Of a stretch of 64,000 nt of DNA, positions 11,801 to 24,939 are shown in pieces. This DNA comes from Azolla caroliniana (lineage: Eukaryota > Plantae > Polypodiophyta). The stretch covers positions 10,106,001 through 10,170,000 of the forward strand of contig JBHGNT010000010.1 of assembly GCA_043228905.1 (NCBI GenBank), written 5' to 3'. Every line of letters starts with the position of its first letter. Position 1 is the first letter of the stretch. A program made the translations under genes and the position numbers. The notes under the pieces were generated by a model. It was not told the origin of the DNA. It was given only the letters and a program-made list of their open reading frames with translations, and searched no databases.

Positions 11801-14772
11801 ATAATCCATCATCTCCTAGGCATTCAAGTAGCCTTATCATGAAGCATCAACAAAGCACAATCATCATACATGTCAAGTTGATCGAAGGGCGGGAAATGTT
11901 CTTGAAATTAAAGCATATGACAAGGTACAACCATAAATTGAAGATATTGAGGGGACAATATGCAATTGCGGCAAAGTTTATAGAATTCATGCATCACATA
12001 AGCTGTATGAAAGTTTTTTACACATAAATTCATCTTGTAAGGATAGATCTGATTCATGAGCTCTTCACTTGGCAACTTTTTAACATCTTAAAAGCTACAG
12101 GGCTATGTAGAGGTGATAGCTTTGAAGAGAGGTTTATGTGGTATGCATCGACTCAAGAATTTGTAAATATTGCATTGCTACTTATGGGAGCATCAAGTCA
12201 TTACCTTTGACTTGTCATAGATCTCAAAGACATTGGCAAAGCAAAATCCTAAATGAACTTAGGGTTGTTTTATGTCAAAAGAAACAATGGCAACATGGCT
12301 TATCTGGAATCTTGCCCTTCGAGAAGTACAAAAAGGATAAGAAGTGAAATATGAAAACAGGGTTTGGAACATGATCTTGTAATCACTAATATGAGATGGA
12401 TGGAGTCATTGAAACAAGTAGGGGGAGGATGCTCTTACATATGCAGTCGAAAGAATTCCATTTCTTCTTACGTGATGGAGGAGTCATTGTTCTTCAAATC
12501 TTGCATTGAAGATGTGATTTTCATGGTCAAACACATCTGATTTACCATATTGCCATTGCTTAGCTAGGTATCAACTTGGATATGCTCATTAGAAGCACTG
12601 GTGATATGTATGCAACATGTGGAAGTTTATTAGATGCATATTGTTGAGCGGACAAGCTTAACCGGATCTGGATTGTCGTAATAAGCCAGAGCCGGATCGG
12701 TGTCCGGAACAAAGAGCCGGATCAATATCCAGAACCAGGAGCCGGATCGGATTGTAACTACAACAATTTCGGACCCTCCACAAGTAGGGGGAGTCAAGGT
12801 GGTGCCCAAAACCGGCAATCGAAAGACGACACGGAATGTTGGTATTGTGGCAATAAGGGCCACCGAGAGCACGAAAGATGGAAGAAGCGCACCAATTCGG
12901 ATAAATCTTGATCCAGCAAGGCCGAACAAGGGAACCTACAAAGCTCGCACTACGCAGAAGGATCGGAAGGATCCGGGCCCGGTAAGATCGGAAAAGGGCC
13001 AACCTTTGTGATGAAACACAAGGCGAAATCAATGAAGAAGACCACATCCAGATCGGAGGAAGTGTGGTACGTTCACTCTGGAGCATCTAACCACATGATA
13101 AGTCATGAAGAGTGGTTTTCTTATTTGGAAAAGCCGGAGCAACCGGGAGTTGACGAAACCAGAGACGACACTCCTCACCCTATTGTGTATGTCGGAGAAG
13201 TCCCTTTAAACCATGTCAGAAAAAAGGGAAAGATGATGAACATACTACATGTTCTAACAATAACAAAGAACCTGGTGTTGGTTGGGAAGATCGTCAACTA
13301 GGGGATGCAGGTGCAATTTATACACCTTGGGTGCGTCATCGAGGAAGAAGGCCGGATAATTGCGCAAGGGCGCCAGGACAAGAGGATGTCTATCCTCGAC
13401 ACCAACGACGTCTGCACCATTATGTTCGCACAAGGACAGAAAGTCGAATTGGATATTGACCTATGGCACAAGTGGATCGGCCACGTCAACTATTAGAGGC
13501 TTGAAGACCTACAATTGAAACAAATTGTTTTCGGATTGCTGAATTTAAGTGGCCAAAAGGCCCAAATAATGAAGCCTACCAACTTTGGAAGCAACACCAG
13601 CTTCCGTTCCCCACCGAAAGAAACTGAACCCGTAACAAGCTCGATCTAAGACATTTGGATGTATGGGGACTGACACAGAATGTTCTTCTTGATGGGAGCC
13701 GATAGTTCATCTCCTTGATCGACGACTACAGTTGGCACATATGGATCTACCTAATCGAAAGGAAAAGCGAAGTTTTCGACTGTTTCTGGAACCTGCAAAG
13801 TCTTGTAGAATGGGAAACAAAGAGGAAGATCAAGTGCCTGCAATCGGATGGCGGAAAAGAATATTTTTCTAGAAAATTCAACAGTTATCTGGAGCATAAA
13901 GGAATTCGAAGGGAATTAAACTATCGATACACACCCGAACAAAATGGTGTGGCCAAAAGGAAGAACCGGTCAATTGTAGAGGTGAATGGACACTGCTGGA
14001 AGCGAAGAGCATGCCCAAGTTCTACTAGGCCGAAGCGGTCCGGACGACTGTCTACATCCAAAACCGGATCGGGGATAAGGTGTCAATCAACACATGAGAT
14101 GTATTTCGGGCAGAAGCCGAATTTAAGGCACTTTAAGATATTTAGTAGCATTGCATATGTGCATGTGCTGGATGAGAAGCGAAGAAAGCTGGACCCGAAG
14201 TGGGAGAAGTGCATCCTTGTTGGCTACTTACATGGGCAAAAGGGTTATAAGTGCTATAACCCCCGAACAAAACAAGTTCAAGTGAGCCGAGATGTTGAAT
14301 TTGATGAGTCAGCATCATGGTACTCTCTCCCGACTCCGATGTCCGACTCCGACCCGATTCCGAAAGATGAGGCCAATGAGCCCAAAATGATCTGATCTCA
14401 TTATGACTAAGTGGGCCAAATGAGCGACTGAGTCGAATGACTATTCAAAATGAAGAGTCGGCCAATTGTGGAGACTCGATCATGATCTCCCCGTGCAAGG
14501 AACTGAGGAGACGGTTCACGCACAAAGAGAAAGGGAAGAAGAAGATCTCGGAATACAATGTTGTGAAGATCTGTCACTACGTGTGGATCGTGAGGTGGAA
14601 CCGCCGGGGTTCTGGACCGGAAGGACTTGATGTTTGCCCTAGCTTTAGTGAGAATGTATTTAAGATAGATTGAAAGAGAGAGAGATTGAGATAAGATAGA
14701 ATGCTTGACTTTAGATTGAGAGAGATTAAGATTGAACTCTTGACTTTAGATTTGAAGAACAAGATTGACACA

Positions 14773-16398
14773 TCAATTGGATAACGAGTTTCTTACTTTT
14801 AATTTCTTGATTAATACATCCCTCCTGTATGTTGATTTTTTTTTCATCAGCATGTGTCTGGTAGGTTTTGGACTCTTGGCTTCTTTGGGCAGTAATCTGT
14901 CCTCCGATTCATCTACACACCGTTTTATGTGCTTTGGATGATATAAATCCTTAGTCATCATGTATCTCAACTGATCTTCAAAATCATCGGGTGAATGTTC
15001 TTCGTGTAAATCTAAATAAGACATTAACCTTTGCAATGTAACTTCTTGTTGTGATAGCTGAAACTCAGCCCACGATAATTTCAACTTCAAAATTTCATTC
15101 TTGCTTCGTAAACTTTCATTCTCTTCCTGGATAATGTTTCCACACAATCTTTGTGATAGCCCGATATCCCTGATTTTCAAATCTTGGACGCATCTACAAG
15201 GGCTCTCTGTCTTTGTAGGTTTGAATTCATTTGTCACCTTCGCTTCATTCAAACTAAGAATCTCAGTAATCCCACTCCTTTGTTTGGTGGCTTCCTTGCA
15301 CATCTCTCTAACATCGGATGCAATCTCATACTTTTCCACCAGTGTATCTTTGTCTTTCAACATAGCTTGTATCCGATTTTCAAGCTCATCTATTTTCTTG
15401 CCTTTGTCTATGCAAGAAGATTCTAATGCTGTGATTTTTTGCTCGGCACAATAAAACTTTTGAATCATTCTATTGATTGTATTTTGGAATCCTACTTTCA
15501 CCCCATCTATTTGATGGTTCATATTCTTGCTAGGAAAACCTTGATTGCAAGGTTCTTGACAGATCTCCTTCAACTTGATAATTGTTTTCTCCAAAATGGA
15601 AAGTGCATCTTCTATTTCCAAATTGCCAATCTGGGATGAATCATTGTTTTCTATGCCATGCAACTTAAATCTATTGCATAGGTTTTCAGGAGATAGTTGG
15701 ATGGATGAGAAGCATAAACTGACAATTTCTTGTACCTTAGTAGTTATCGCGGAGCATTCTGATGATAGATCGGATCTATCCAAATCAGGAAATGCGCAAG
15801 AGTCCTCCCCACCATCTCTTCTTCTTGACACTATATCTTCGTGCAAAGCTTGTACAAGTACTATTGGAACTAAAAATTTTCTTTGAGTTGAACATTGTGA
15901 ACCGTTGGGTCTGTTTTCCAACTGATCAACATTATCGACTGAAGTTGCACTGAAAAGCCTACATTTAATTGTATCTACTTTTGACTGCTTATCAACAAAT
16001 TTATTTGACACAATGCTTTTTTCCTCTTCAAATTCGGATGGCCTTATTCTTCTCAACCTAGCCTGTTGTTTTTGTATGTCAAGATCCCGCCTATTCAACT
16101 CTTCGTTGAGTTTTTTTATTTCAATGTCCTTCTCATCTTCTCTTTCTCCTGCAATGAAAGTTCTTCCAAGCTCGACATGTGCCCGATACAAGATGTTTCC
16201 AGATTTCTCATTATAAATAGGGGAAACACAAATATATTTGTAGGGCTCAAATTCACCAATACTTAAGATGTGGTTATCTTCGATTGATCGTACCGCCGCT
16301 ATTGCTTTCGTGAATTCAGACATTTCTTCCATCAACTCTCCGACAACCACTTTAAATATTTGTCCTCTATAAGAAAGAAGCCAATTATTTTGCCTCAT
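14773..16398 (-). CDS. Uninterrupted ORF of unknown function (541 aa from first ATG), coiled-coil-like, inside element D
   Basis: Open frame 14773-16443; charged heptad-like segments (IEIKKLNEELNRRDLDIQKQQARL; ENESLRSKNEILKLKL). The stop codon lies inside the LTR remnant. Confidence 0.55.
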   Translation of the reverse strand: MRQNNWLLSYRGQIFKVVVGELMEEMSEFTKAIAAVRSIEDNHILSIGEFEPYKYICVSPIYNEKSGNILYRAHVELGRTFIAGEREDEKDIEIKKLNEELNRRDLDIQKQQARLRRIRPSEFEEEKSIVSNKFVDKQSKVDTIKCRLFSATSVDNVDQLENRPNGSQCSTQRKFLVPIVLVQALHEDIVSRRRDGGEDSCAFPDLDRSDLSSECSAITTKVQEIVSLCFSSIQLSPENLCNRFKLHGIENNDSSQIGNLEIEDALSILEKTIIKLKEICQEPCNQGFPSKNMNHQIDGVKVGFQNTINRMIQKFYCAEQKITALESSCIDKGKKIDELENRIQAMLKDKDTLVEKYEIASDVREMCKEATKQRSGITEILSLNEAKVTNEFKPTKTESPCRCVQDLKIRDIGLSQRLCGNIIQEENESLRSKNEILKLKLSWAEFQLSQQEVTLQRLMSYLDLHEEHSPDDFEDQLRYMMTKDLYHPKHIKRCVDESEDRLLPKEAKSPKPTRHMLMKKKSTYRRDVLIKKLKVRNSLSN

Positions 16399-17229
16399 CA
16401 GATTTATGAAGATAATGAAGTGGGCGATGGTAATATGGATCAAATTAAAGAACCGAGATCACAAAATCAATATGCAAACAAGCTTGGTTTTGGGTCGGAT
16501 CAAAGAATCCAAATCAAGAGATCTAGAAAACAAGACTTTGTTTTGTAACAAGCAGCAGAGGACAACAGAGCAGTCTGATCATCCCTGCTGACCATAATTT
16601 TGTTTCGTTTATTTGCTTTCATATCCAAACAAGGAAAGCAACGTATCGAGGAAAGTGTCGTCGTAACAGAGGATGCCATCTCCAAGTATCGGTTGATCCT
16701 CAATTTGATCCTTCCTACTGTCTCTTTTACGTCGGGTTCACCACTTAATTATGTCGTGAAGATCCGTCACTACGTGCGGATCGTGAGACGGAACCACCGG
16801 GGTTCTGGACCGGAAGGACTCGAAGTTTGTAGTAGCTTTAGCGAGAAAGGAATTAAGATAGTTTGAAAGAGAGAGAGATTGAGATAAGATAGAACGCTTG
16901 ACTTTAGATTGAGAGAGATTAAGATTGAACTCTTGACTTTGGATTTGAAGAACAAGATTGATACATCAATTGGATAACAAATTTCTTACTTTTAATTTCT
17001 TGATTAATATATCGCTCCCCTTTTTCTTCTTTTTCATCCCCCCTCTTTTATAGATGCTCCCATGCATATGATGCATGTGGGGTACAAGACATGCATAAAA
17101 TGCATGATCCATGTTTGCCATTTGGCGCTCATGCGTTACATATGATGCATGATAACCATGCCACTCATTTAAGCTCTCATATGATAACTTTCAAGTAAAA
17201 CTATAATGATAAAAATATAACTTTAAGGA

Positions 17230-17306
17230 AATGACTGGGCTTAGTGGTAAGTATATTGCTTTCTATCTTGGAGGTGCAAGGTTCAAGTCTTGCTTACATC
17301 CCTTTT
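17230..17306 (+). promoter_or_regulatory. tRNA-like Pol III cassette in the LTR of element D (antisense to the element)
   Basis: A-box gggcttagtgg 17237-17247, B-box ggttcaagtct 17280-17290 with a gcaag/cttgc stem, TTTT at 17303-17306. Confidence 0.55.
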
Positions 17307-18700
17307 AAAGCAAAAAATACTATTAGGTTTTTGGACCAAATATCTCTAAAACACCATGCACCGCAATCAACCAACCCAACCGATCCGTCCGATTTGCCGT
17401 CTAAAACTAATGAACTTGGCTACATCCATTCGTCAAGACATTTAACTCATCCTTTCTATTCTCCACACATAGAAACCAAGGTAATAGCTTTTGCTCTGCC
17501 TTATATATGGTGAGATCCTTATTTGTCCTGTCTATGTGGGATATCTCACAATTTTTTATTTTTCTCTTTTTCTTTGCAAACTTCATCATGCCCACATAAC
17601 TTGACACTTAGATGTTCGTTTGTTATGTAGCAAAGTGAATTCAAAAGCTCTTCAAGGTCTCCATCTTTTTGTACCAAGATATTAAACTTATTTAAAATGG
17701 TATCTTCACTATTATTGTTTTATATTTTGTGCGAAGAACCACACTCGATTTCGTATGTTCCTCACAAGTTTCACACTATCGCCGAAAATCTTCACGACAA
17801 CGCCACTGGCAGAGACGACTCAGATTAGAGCGAATCTAGCCCGGTTAGTGGCCAAAGGCTACGTGTAGTAGCATGGAATCGATTATGATGTGACCTTTAC
17901 ACCAGTCACGAAGATGTCTACGGTTCGTGTCTTGCTTGTGGTGGTAGCGACGAAGGGGTGACATCTACATTAAATGGATGTAAAGAACACATTCTTGTAA
18001 TGTGATCTTCAAGAGTAGGTCTATATGGTTCAACTCCACGGATTTTTGTCCGGAATGAACACGTCGACTATTTGCCAATTGAAGAAGTCCATCTACGGAT
18101 TCAAGCAAGCCCCGCAAGCCCCACACGTATAGAACGCGAAGATCACATAGACATTGCGTCGGATGGGGTTTGGTCCATCGAAATCAGATTCTTCACTTTT
18201 CATTCGGAAAGGTCGAAACGGGCCGGTGAGCATATTGCTCTATGTGGATGATCTTGTCATCGCCGGCGCCGACCTGGACGAAATCCGTCACATCAAATCA
18301 CACCTCGCGGCATCATTCGAAATGAAGGATCTCAGTGACCTTCATTACTTCCTTGGGATTGAAGTGAGCCGAACCCCAGAAGGCATACTAATCAGACAAC
18401 GCCACTATGTGTTTAGTATGCCCTTCAAATTCGGTATGAGGGAATGCAAGTGCATCTTGACTCCTCTGGATCGGATTGTGAACCTCCGCTCCTACTCTGG
18501 AATGGCATGTGACTCGAAAAGGTTCTTACAAATAGTCAGAAGCCTCATATATTTGACCATCATCCGGCCAGACCTCAGTTATCCGGTCGGATTGATTAAT
18601 CAATTCATGGCGCATCCGACAGTGGAGCACCTTCAGTGCGGGCACCGAATACTCAGGTATGTTAGCGACACTAAGGACATGGGTTGTTGTATAGGACCGA

Positions 18701-20046
18701 TGTCGTGTGAATCTTCACACACTATGTAAAAAATAATGAAATAATTATTATAGATTAGATTAGTAGCTTACTATAGAAAGATGGATATACTCAAGAGCTT
18801 CAAAACGTATTTTACTATATACAAAATGGAGAAATACATATCAAGTTATGTGAAAATAAAGTTTGAGAAGATAGGGAAATTAGAACTATCCCACATAGAT
18901 AGGAAAGTTAAGGCCCTGGCTATATAAGCACCTTGAGCTCCCTCATTTTTCATTTGTGCTAAAAGCACTTTGGCCACTTTGTCTTGATGGATGATGCTGG
19001 CCAAATTCCCTAAAACCGAAAACCGGCCGGTAAACAAATTCGGAAACTGACCGGTAAGCAAATCCGGAAACCGGCCGATAAGCAAAACCGGCCGGCAAAC
19101 AAAACCGGAACCGGAACCAGCAAACAAACCGGAATCGGAACCGGTCGGCAAGCAAAACTGGAACCGGCTGGTAAGCATAACCGGAACCGGAATCGGCAAG
19201 CAAACCGAAACCGGAACCGGAACCGATTGGCAAGCAAAACCGGAACCGGCCGACAAGCAAACCGAAACCGAAACCGGTCGGCGAGGGATTCGGCGATCGG
19301 GCGGAACCAGCTACCGGACGAGGTTGGACGCGGACGGACGGAAGATTGGATCATACATCAAACTAAAGTAAAGTGAAGAGAACTAAAGTAAAGGCCATGT
19401 GGACGTAAGGAACTAAAGTTGGAGTGCATGCAAAAAGTAAAGGTCATGTGGACGGTCACATGCAACTAAACAAAAAAGCCATGCCACTAAAAATAGATGC
19501 AACTAAAAGAAAAAGCTAAGTAACTAAAAGTAGAGGCCATGCAACAAAAAGTGGACATGCAGATGATCAAGGGAGAACTCCATATATATTCCATTTTTTT
19601 CCCTACACTCAGGCTCTCTCCATATATATTATATTGTTTTTCTTTTCTTTGGGAGCTTCCCTATCTTATCGAAGCCATATCTCTCAAGTAAAACCCTAAT
19701 TTCCTTACGGAAGCCATATCTTACTCATAACCCTAAATTTCCATACGGAAGCTATTCAACTCATAAAACCATAATCTCTTATCAAAGCCAAAAACCCTAA
19801 TTTTCTATAGAATTCATATCTTAATTTCTTCTAATCTATTACTCTAGCCATCTCCATTAGCAAACTTTTTGTAGTCCCAATCTTGGGATTAATTGTAATC
19901 TTTCTTTCTACTTGTTAATGAAATTTGTTAATCTTTCTCATTTCGGTTAATTCTTAGTACATAAATACAAGAATTTGATATCCTTTAGTCAAAGGCCCCG
20001 GGGTTTTGCCTCAACGTTCACGTATCCTCGTCGTATTTTCGTGACA
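18701..20046 (+). mobile_element. Solo LTR related to the Trp-primed group, with internal (AAACCGG)-like tandem array at about 19010-19280
   Basis: TGTCGTG...CGTGACA termini; flanks ccga / ccgg (4-bp TSD, one mismatch); the Copia RT/RNase H frame resumes after it; the 3' end resembles the D LTR end. Confidence 0.7.
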
Positions 20047-20556
20047 CCGGTGTAGCCGGATAGCTTGTCGGCTACACGGATGCTGATTGGGCCAGAAATG
20101 CCGGCAACCGTAGGTCTACGTCCGGGTATGCGTTTTCAATTGAAAGCGCCACGGTCACTTGGAGTAGTAAGAAAAAGATTAGTCGCTCTTGTGGACTGAG
20201 GGCCACTTGGACTTGGCTGAGGTGGGGGACAAGAGGGCTATCGTGTCAGAGGGAGATCGGGGAAAAGATCATTTGGCAAAGAAAGATCAATCACTCTAGT
20301 GGACTAAGGGCCACCTGGACTTGGCTAAGGTGGGGGACAGGAGGGCTATCGTGTAGGAGGGGGACCGGAGAAACTCATGGGACAAGAAGTTAGTGGGCAA
20401 CCTAAGGTGAGGGGGAAGAGTTGGTGGGTTTGCAACTAATTTAGTTCAATGCTAGTCTTAAGCCTCTAAGCTATTTCTATCCTTGTATGAACCTCATATA
20501 ATCTACTTCCTTAAATTATCATACTCTATCTCTCTCTGTCTCTGTCTCTTTCTCTC

Positions 20557-23500
20557 TGTCACGGATGAACAATTGGGGGTAAAGAGATGGGGAAGTTGAT
20601 GAGATAGGGAGATCGAGAAGTTGATGACAATGAGTAAAAATATCTATTCCATGATTGGTGTTGATCTCCTTGATGTTAACAAGGGAGATCAACCCTTTTT
20701 ATACATGTAGTGATGCATGATAAGCATGCTCATGCCAAGTCTTACATACTATAATATCAAGCATACTAATTCTTGCATTCCAAGTCTTAGATACTAAGTT
20801 TGACATACTGAGTCTTATATATTGGGTCTTACATACTGAGTCTTACATACTAGGTCTTATATACCACTCTTTATACAAAGGTTTGAAGTCTAAAGTTTTT
20901 CTAGGAAAATATATATACAAGGGGCTAAGGTTCACATTCGAGTCGATGTTCATGACATTATCCTCCCCTTAAGTGCCGACTTCAAGAAGGTGCGGGTTTG
21001 TGAAGATATCGGAGATGGAAATCATGAACCACTTCCGGGGCATTTAGTAAATTTCTAGCGGGCTCCCATGTAGCCTCAGAGATGGGATATCCTTTCCACA
21101 ATACCAGATACTAGAGCTTTCATCGGCTCTTGCGCGAGTCAAGAATGGTCTCGACTTCATACTCATCCCCGGTCGCCAAAGCCACAGGGCGAGGTGGCTC
21201 GATGCTTCTTCCTGGAATTGAGGATGGATGATAGAGCTCAAGAAGTGATGCATGGAAGACATTGTGAATTCGGTAGTGTGATGGAAGAGCAAGACGGAAA
21301 GCCACAATGTTGACTTTATCAATGATGCGGAATGGCCCCAACTTTTTGTAATCAAGTTTGTTGAATGGGCGAGTTTTCGGAATATGCCAACGTAATAGCC
21401 ATACCATGTCACCGACTTTAAAATCAGGCGCAACCCGTCAATGTTGATCAACCTTCTCTTTGTGTCGTTCTTGACCAATTGAGAGTTCTAGGGTTAGGTC
21501 ATGATGCACTTCTTTCATCAGCAGAGCTCGTTCTTCAGCAGTTGGATTCACAGAACCAACAGGGATAGCTATACTAAAGCGTGGGTGGAATCCATAATTT
21601 GCAAAGAAGGGTGTTACACTAGTTGATGTGTTGAGAGTATTGTTGTAGGCGAACTCAGCCATTGGAAGAAATTTGATCCAATCATCTTGTTGATAACTTA
21701 TCATACATCGGAGATATTGCTCTAGGATCTGATTTACTTGTTCCATTTGGCCGTTTGTCTCAAGATGGAAGGCTGTTGAAAATTTTGTGGAAGTTCCAAG
21801 AGTCTGGAAGAGGCACTTCCAGAAATGAGACATAAATTGGGGACCACTATCAGAGATAATGTCATTTGGTAAACCATGAAGGTGCACAATATTTGTTAAC
21901 AATAGATCTGTTGTTTCCATCCCTAAAATTGCTTTAGAACCTGGAATAAAATGTGCCATCTTTGTGAATCTATCCACCACCAGTAATACTGAATTGAATC
22001 CCTTAATGTCAGGAAGGTTGGTGATAAAATCCGTCGAGATGGAGGCCCATGGCCTACATGGAATTGGCAAAGGTTGAAGTAGACCGTAGGGACGATGATG
22101 TATTGCTTTGGTGCGGGCACATGTATCACATGTTTTCACAAATTGTTTAACAAGTTTCCAAGGTTGTGGCCACCAATAACTTCTAGAGATTAACTCCAAA
22201 GTTTTTGCAACGCCAAAATGTCCAGCTAGGGCGTCATCATGGCATTCCTTCATGATATAGATACGACAAGGACCATCTGGGACATACATTAAGTTGTTCC
22301 GAAAAAGAAAACCATCTCGAAACATAAATTGTTCTTGACTATTCCGTACCTCCTTTATGGTTGATTTGTTGACTCGATTATCCTTAATTTCTTTTGCAAA
22401 TTTGTCGGTGGCAGTATCTGTGGCTATTGCATTGAGTAATGATTCATCTGCACCCATAGAAGTTGCAAAGAGTTGAATTTGATGTGGTTGTAGGAGACAA
22501 GGTGATTGTTGATTGTAGGTCTCATCTCCCGGTCGAATTTCGAATTTTGAACGCCGAGATAGGGCATCGGCTTTACCATGTTGGGCACCGGGATGAAAAA
22601 CAATTTGAAAGTCATAGTCAGCCAGGAAGATCGACCATTGCGCTTGCCTCTGGTTCAAAATGCGAGTAGTGGTGAAGTAGACGAGGTTCTTGTGATCAGT
22701 CACCACTTGGACACGGTGTTGGGCACCTGCTAAGTAAGGACACCATTCTTCAAAGGCTGCAATAATGGTAGAGAGTTCTTTGTCATAAACTAGGTAGTTG
22801 ATCTCAGGAGGTGTGAACTTCCGAGAATAAAAGCCAACAGGATGAAGAATCCTATTGTTATCTAATTGAGAGAGAATGGCACCGATGGCGAAGTCAGAGG
22901 CATCAGTTTCGATCGTAAATGGGTTGGTCAGATCTGGGTGTAGAAGTATCAAAGCCGAGGTAAAAGCTTTTTTTAGTGTCTCGAATGCTAGTTGGGTTGT
23001 GGGAGTCCAGCAAAAAGGGGAATCCTTTTGAGTGAGTGCTATAAGTGGTTGTGCCAATGTAGAGAATCCTTGAATGAATCAACGATAGAAGTTGGCAAAA
23101 CCCAAAAATGATTGCACATCCTTGACCCTGGTGGGGACTTCCCACTGTTGAACCGTTTTGACTTTCTTCTCATCCATAGTGCTACCATCAGATGAAATGA
23201 CATACCCGTGGAATTCAACTGAGGTTCGATCAAACTCACACTTTTCGGGTTTCGCATAAAGTCCATGTTCCCGAAGTTTGGTCAAGATAAGTCGAACATG
23301 CTTGGTGTGCTCTATGTAGTCTTGTGAGAAGATAAGTATGTTGTCGAGATAGATGACCACAAATTGGTCTAGATATTCTCGAAAGATGTCATTCATCATA
23401 TGCTGGAAAATGGTAGGAGCATTTGTGAGACTAAATGGCATTACCATTTATTCAAAATGCCCATACCTGGTTCGAAATGCTATTTTCCACTCATCTCTAG

Positions 23501-24939
23501 GCTTGATACGCACCAAGTTGTAGGCGCCTCGGAGATCGATGTTGGAGAATATACGCCCAACCCGAAGTTGGTCGAGGAGTTCGGCGATTAGAGGTAGTGG
23601 ATAGTGGTTTCGAACCATGACTTGATTGAGCCTGCGATAGTCGATACATAGGCGCAACGTTTCATCTTTCTTTTTGACAAATAGAATAGGAGAGCCAACT
23701 GGAGATTTTGAGTGGTGAATGAATCCCTTTGCGAGATTCTCTTCAATGTATATTTTGAGGGTCTTCAGTTCAGGTTTAGATAACCCATAGATAGGGCCAA
23801 ATGGAGGACAAGCACCATCTTTCAAGTCAATTGGACAATCGTATGGGCGATGTTCGGGTAGGCGATCAACATTTTTCTTCTCAAATACATAAGAGAAATC
23901 ATTGTATTTTGATGGAAAAGAGCTAGTACATAGGGTAGTATCTAGAGTGGACATGACCACCATGTCCTTAGAATTAGAAATGGATGCAATGAACATTGTA
24001 TCGCTTACCCGAGCAAGAGTTGGAACTGTTTCTGAGGCTGACACGAGACTAACTATCGATGTTGTTTCTATTGGAGCAACCGCTGACATGGTTCTCGCTG
24101 AAGAGGAAATGGGAGCGACCAATAACCTAGTCCTTACCGGAGCAGAAATGGCAGTTGCCCCTGAAACATGGGTGGGAGCAACCGTTGACGCAGTCCTCAC
24201 TGGAGCAGAAACTGGAATCGAAGCAACCATTGATGTGGTCCTCACTGGAGCAAAAACGGGAGTTGTCCCCAAAACATGAGTGGGAGCAACCATCCTCTTA
24301 GTCGTGACCTTGTTCCATCGAATTTTTCTAGTAGGCTGACATTGGGTTCTACAACATAAGGGTCAACAATCGGGTGAGGTATAACCAGTGTGGTTGCCTG
24401 AAGTTCTTGAACAGAGTTTCGCAAGTTCGCATTTTCATGTTGGAGTTGTTGCACAACCGCCATAATTTGCTCAAGATTACTAGATGATTCTAACATGATA
24501 GTGTATTGAGAAAGAAGGAAAGAAGGAGAGAAGGAAAGAAGTAGATCAATCTATCACGGATGAACAATTGGGGGTAAAGAGATGGGGAAGTTGATGAGAT
24601 AGGGAGATCGAGAAGTTGATGACAATGAGTAAAAATATCTATTCCATGACTGGTGTTGATCTCCTTGATGTTAACAAGGGAGATCAACCCTTTTTATACA
24701 TGTAGTGATGCATGATAAGCATGCTCATGCCAAGTCTTACATACTATAATATCAAGCATACTAATTCTTGCATGCCAAGTCTTACATACTGAGTCTTACA
24801 TACTGGGAATTACATACTGAGTCTTACATACTAGGTCTTACATACCACTCTTTAGACAAAGGTTTGAAGTCTAAAGTTTTTCTAGGAGAAATATATATAC
24901 AAGGGCCTAAGGCTCACATTAGAGTCAATGTTCATGACA
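20557..24939 (-). mobile_element. Ty3/Gypsy chromovirus (Tcn1-like), LTRs 20557-20957 and 24552-24939, decayed pol, gag core and protease deleted
   Basis: [13 protein letters not shown] and YLDNILI; RNase H ETDASDFAIGA; integrase CHDD..GH..CDTC and VDRFTKM; GPF motif; chromodomain EYEVETILDSR; PPT at 20958-20970; 14-bp tandem repeats (agtcttacatactg) in the LTRs. Confidence 0.9.

Larger units (their letters stand above)
14559..17799 (-). mobile_element. Non-autonomous tRNA-Trp-primed LTR element D: full 5' LTR 16752-17799, partial 3' LTR 14559-about 14825
   Basis: LTR termini TGTCGTGAAG...CTTCACGACA; PBS TGGTGAACCCGACGT on the minus strand at 16729-16743; about 265 bp of the LTR is repeated at 14559. 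No gag/pol motifs and no clean TSD (acaa / acgc). Confidence 0.8.
12642..20176 (+). mobile_element. Decayed Ty1/Copia element, internally deleted and interrupted by insertions at 14559-17799 and 18701-20046
   Basis: LTR start TGTTGAGCG as at 48949; protease WYVHSGASNHM; integrase IDDYS, QSDGGKEY, TPEQNGVA; RT RLVAKGY and LYVDD; RNase H GYTDADW...STSGY. Confidence 0.85.

Noticed and set aside
18846-19354. Three overlapping ORFs rich in RFRF/PVPV/GSGS
   Set aside because: Artefacts of the AAACCGG-type tandem array in a solo LTR.
20183-20380. ~108-bp tandem duplication, and 14-bp repeats in nearby LTRs, as a CRISPR-like array
   Set aside because: Head-to-tail repeats without unique spacers, in a eukaryotic TE context with no cas genes.
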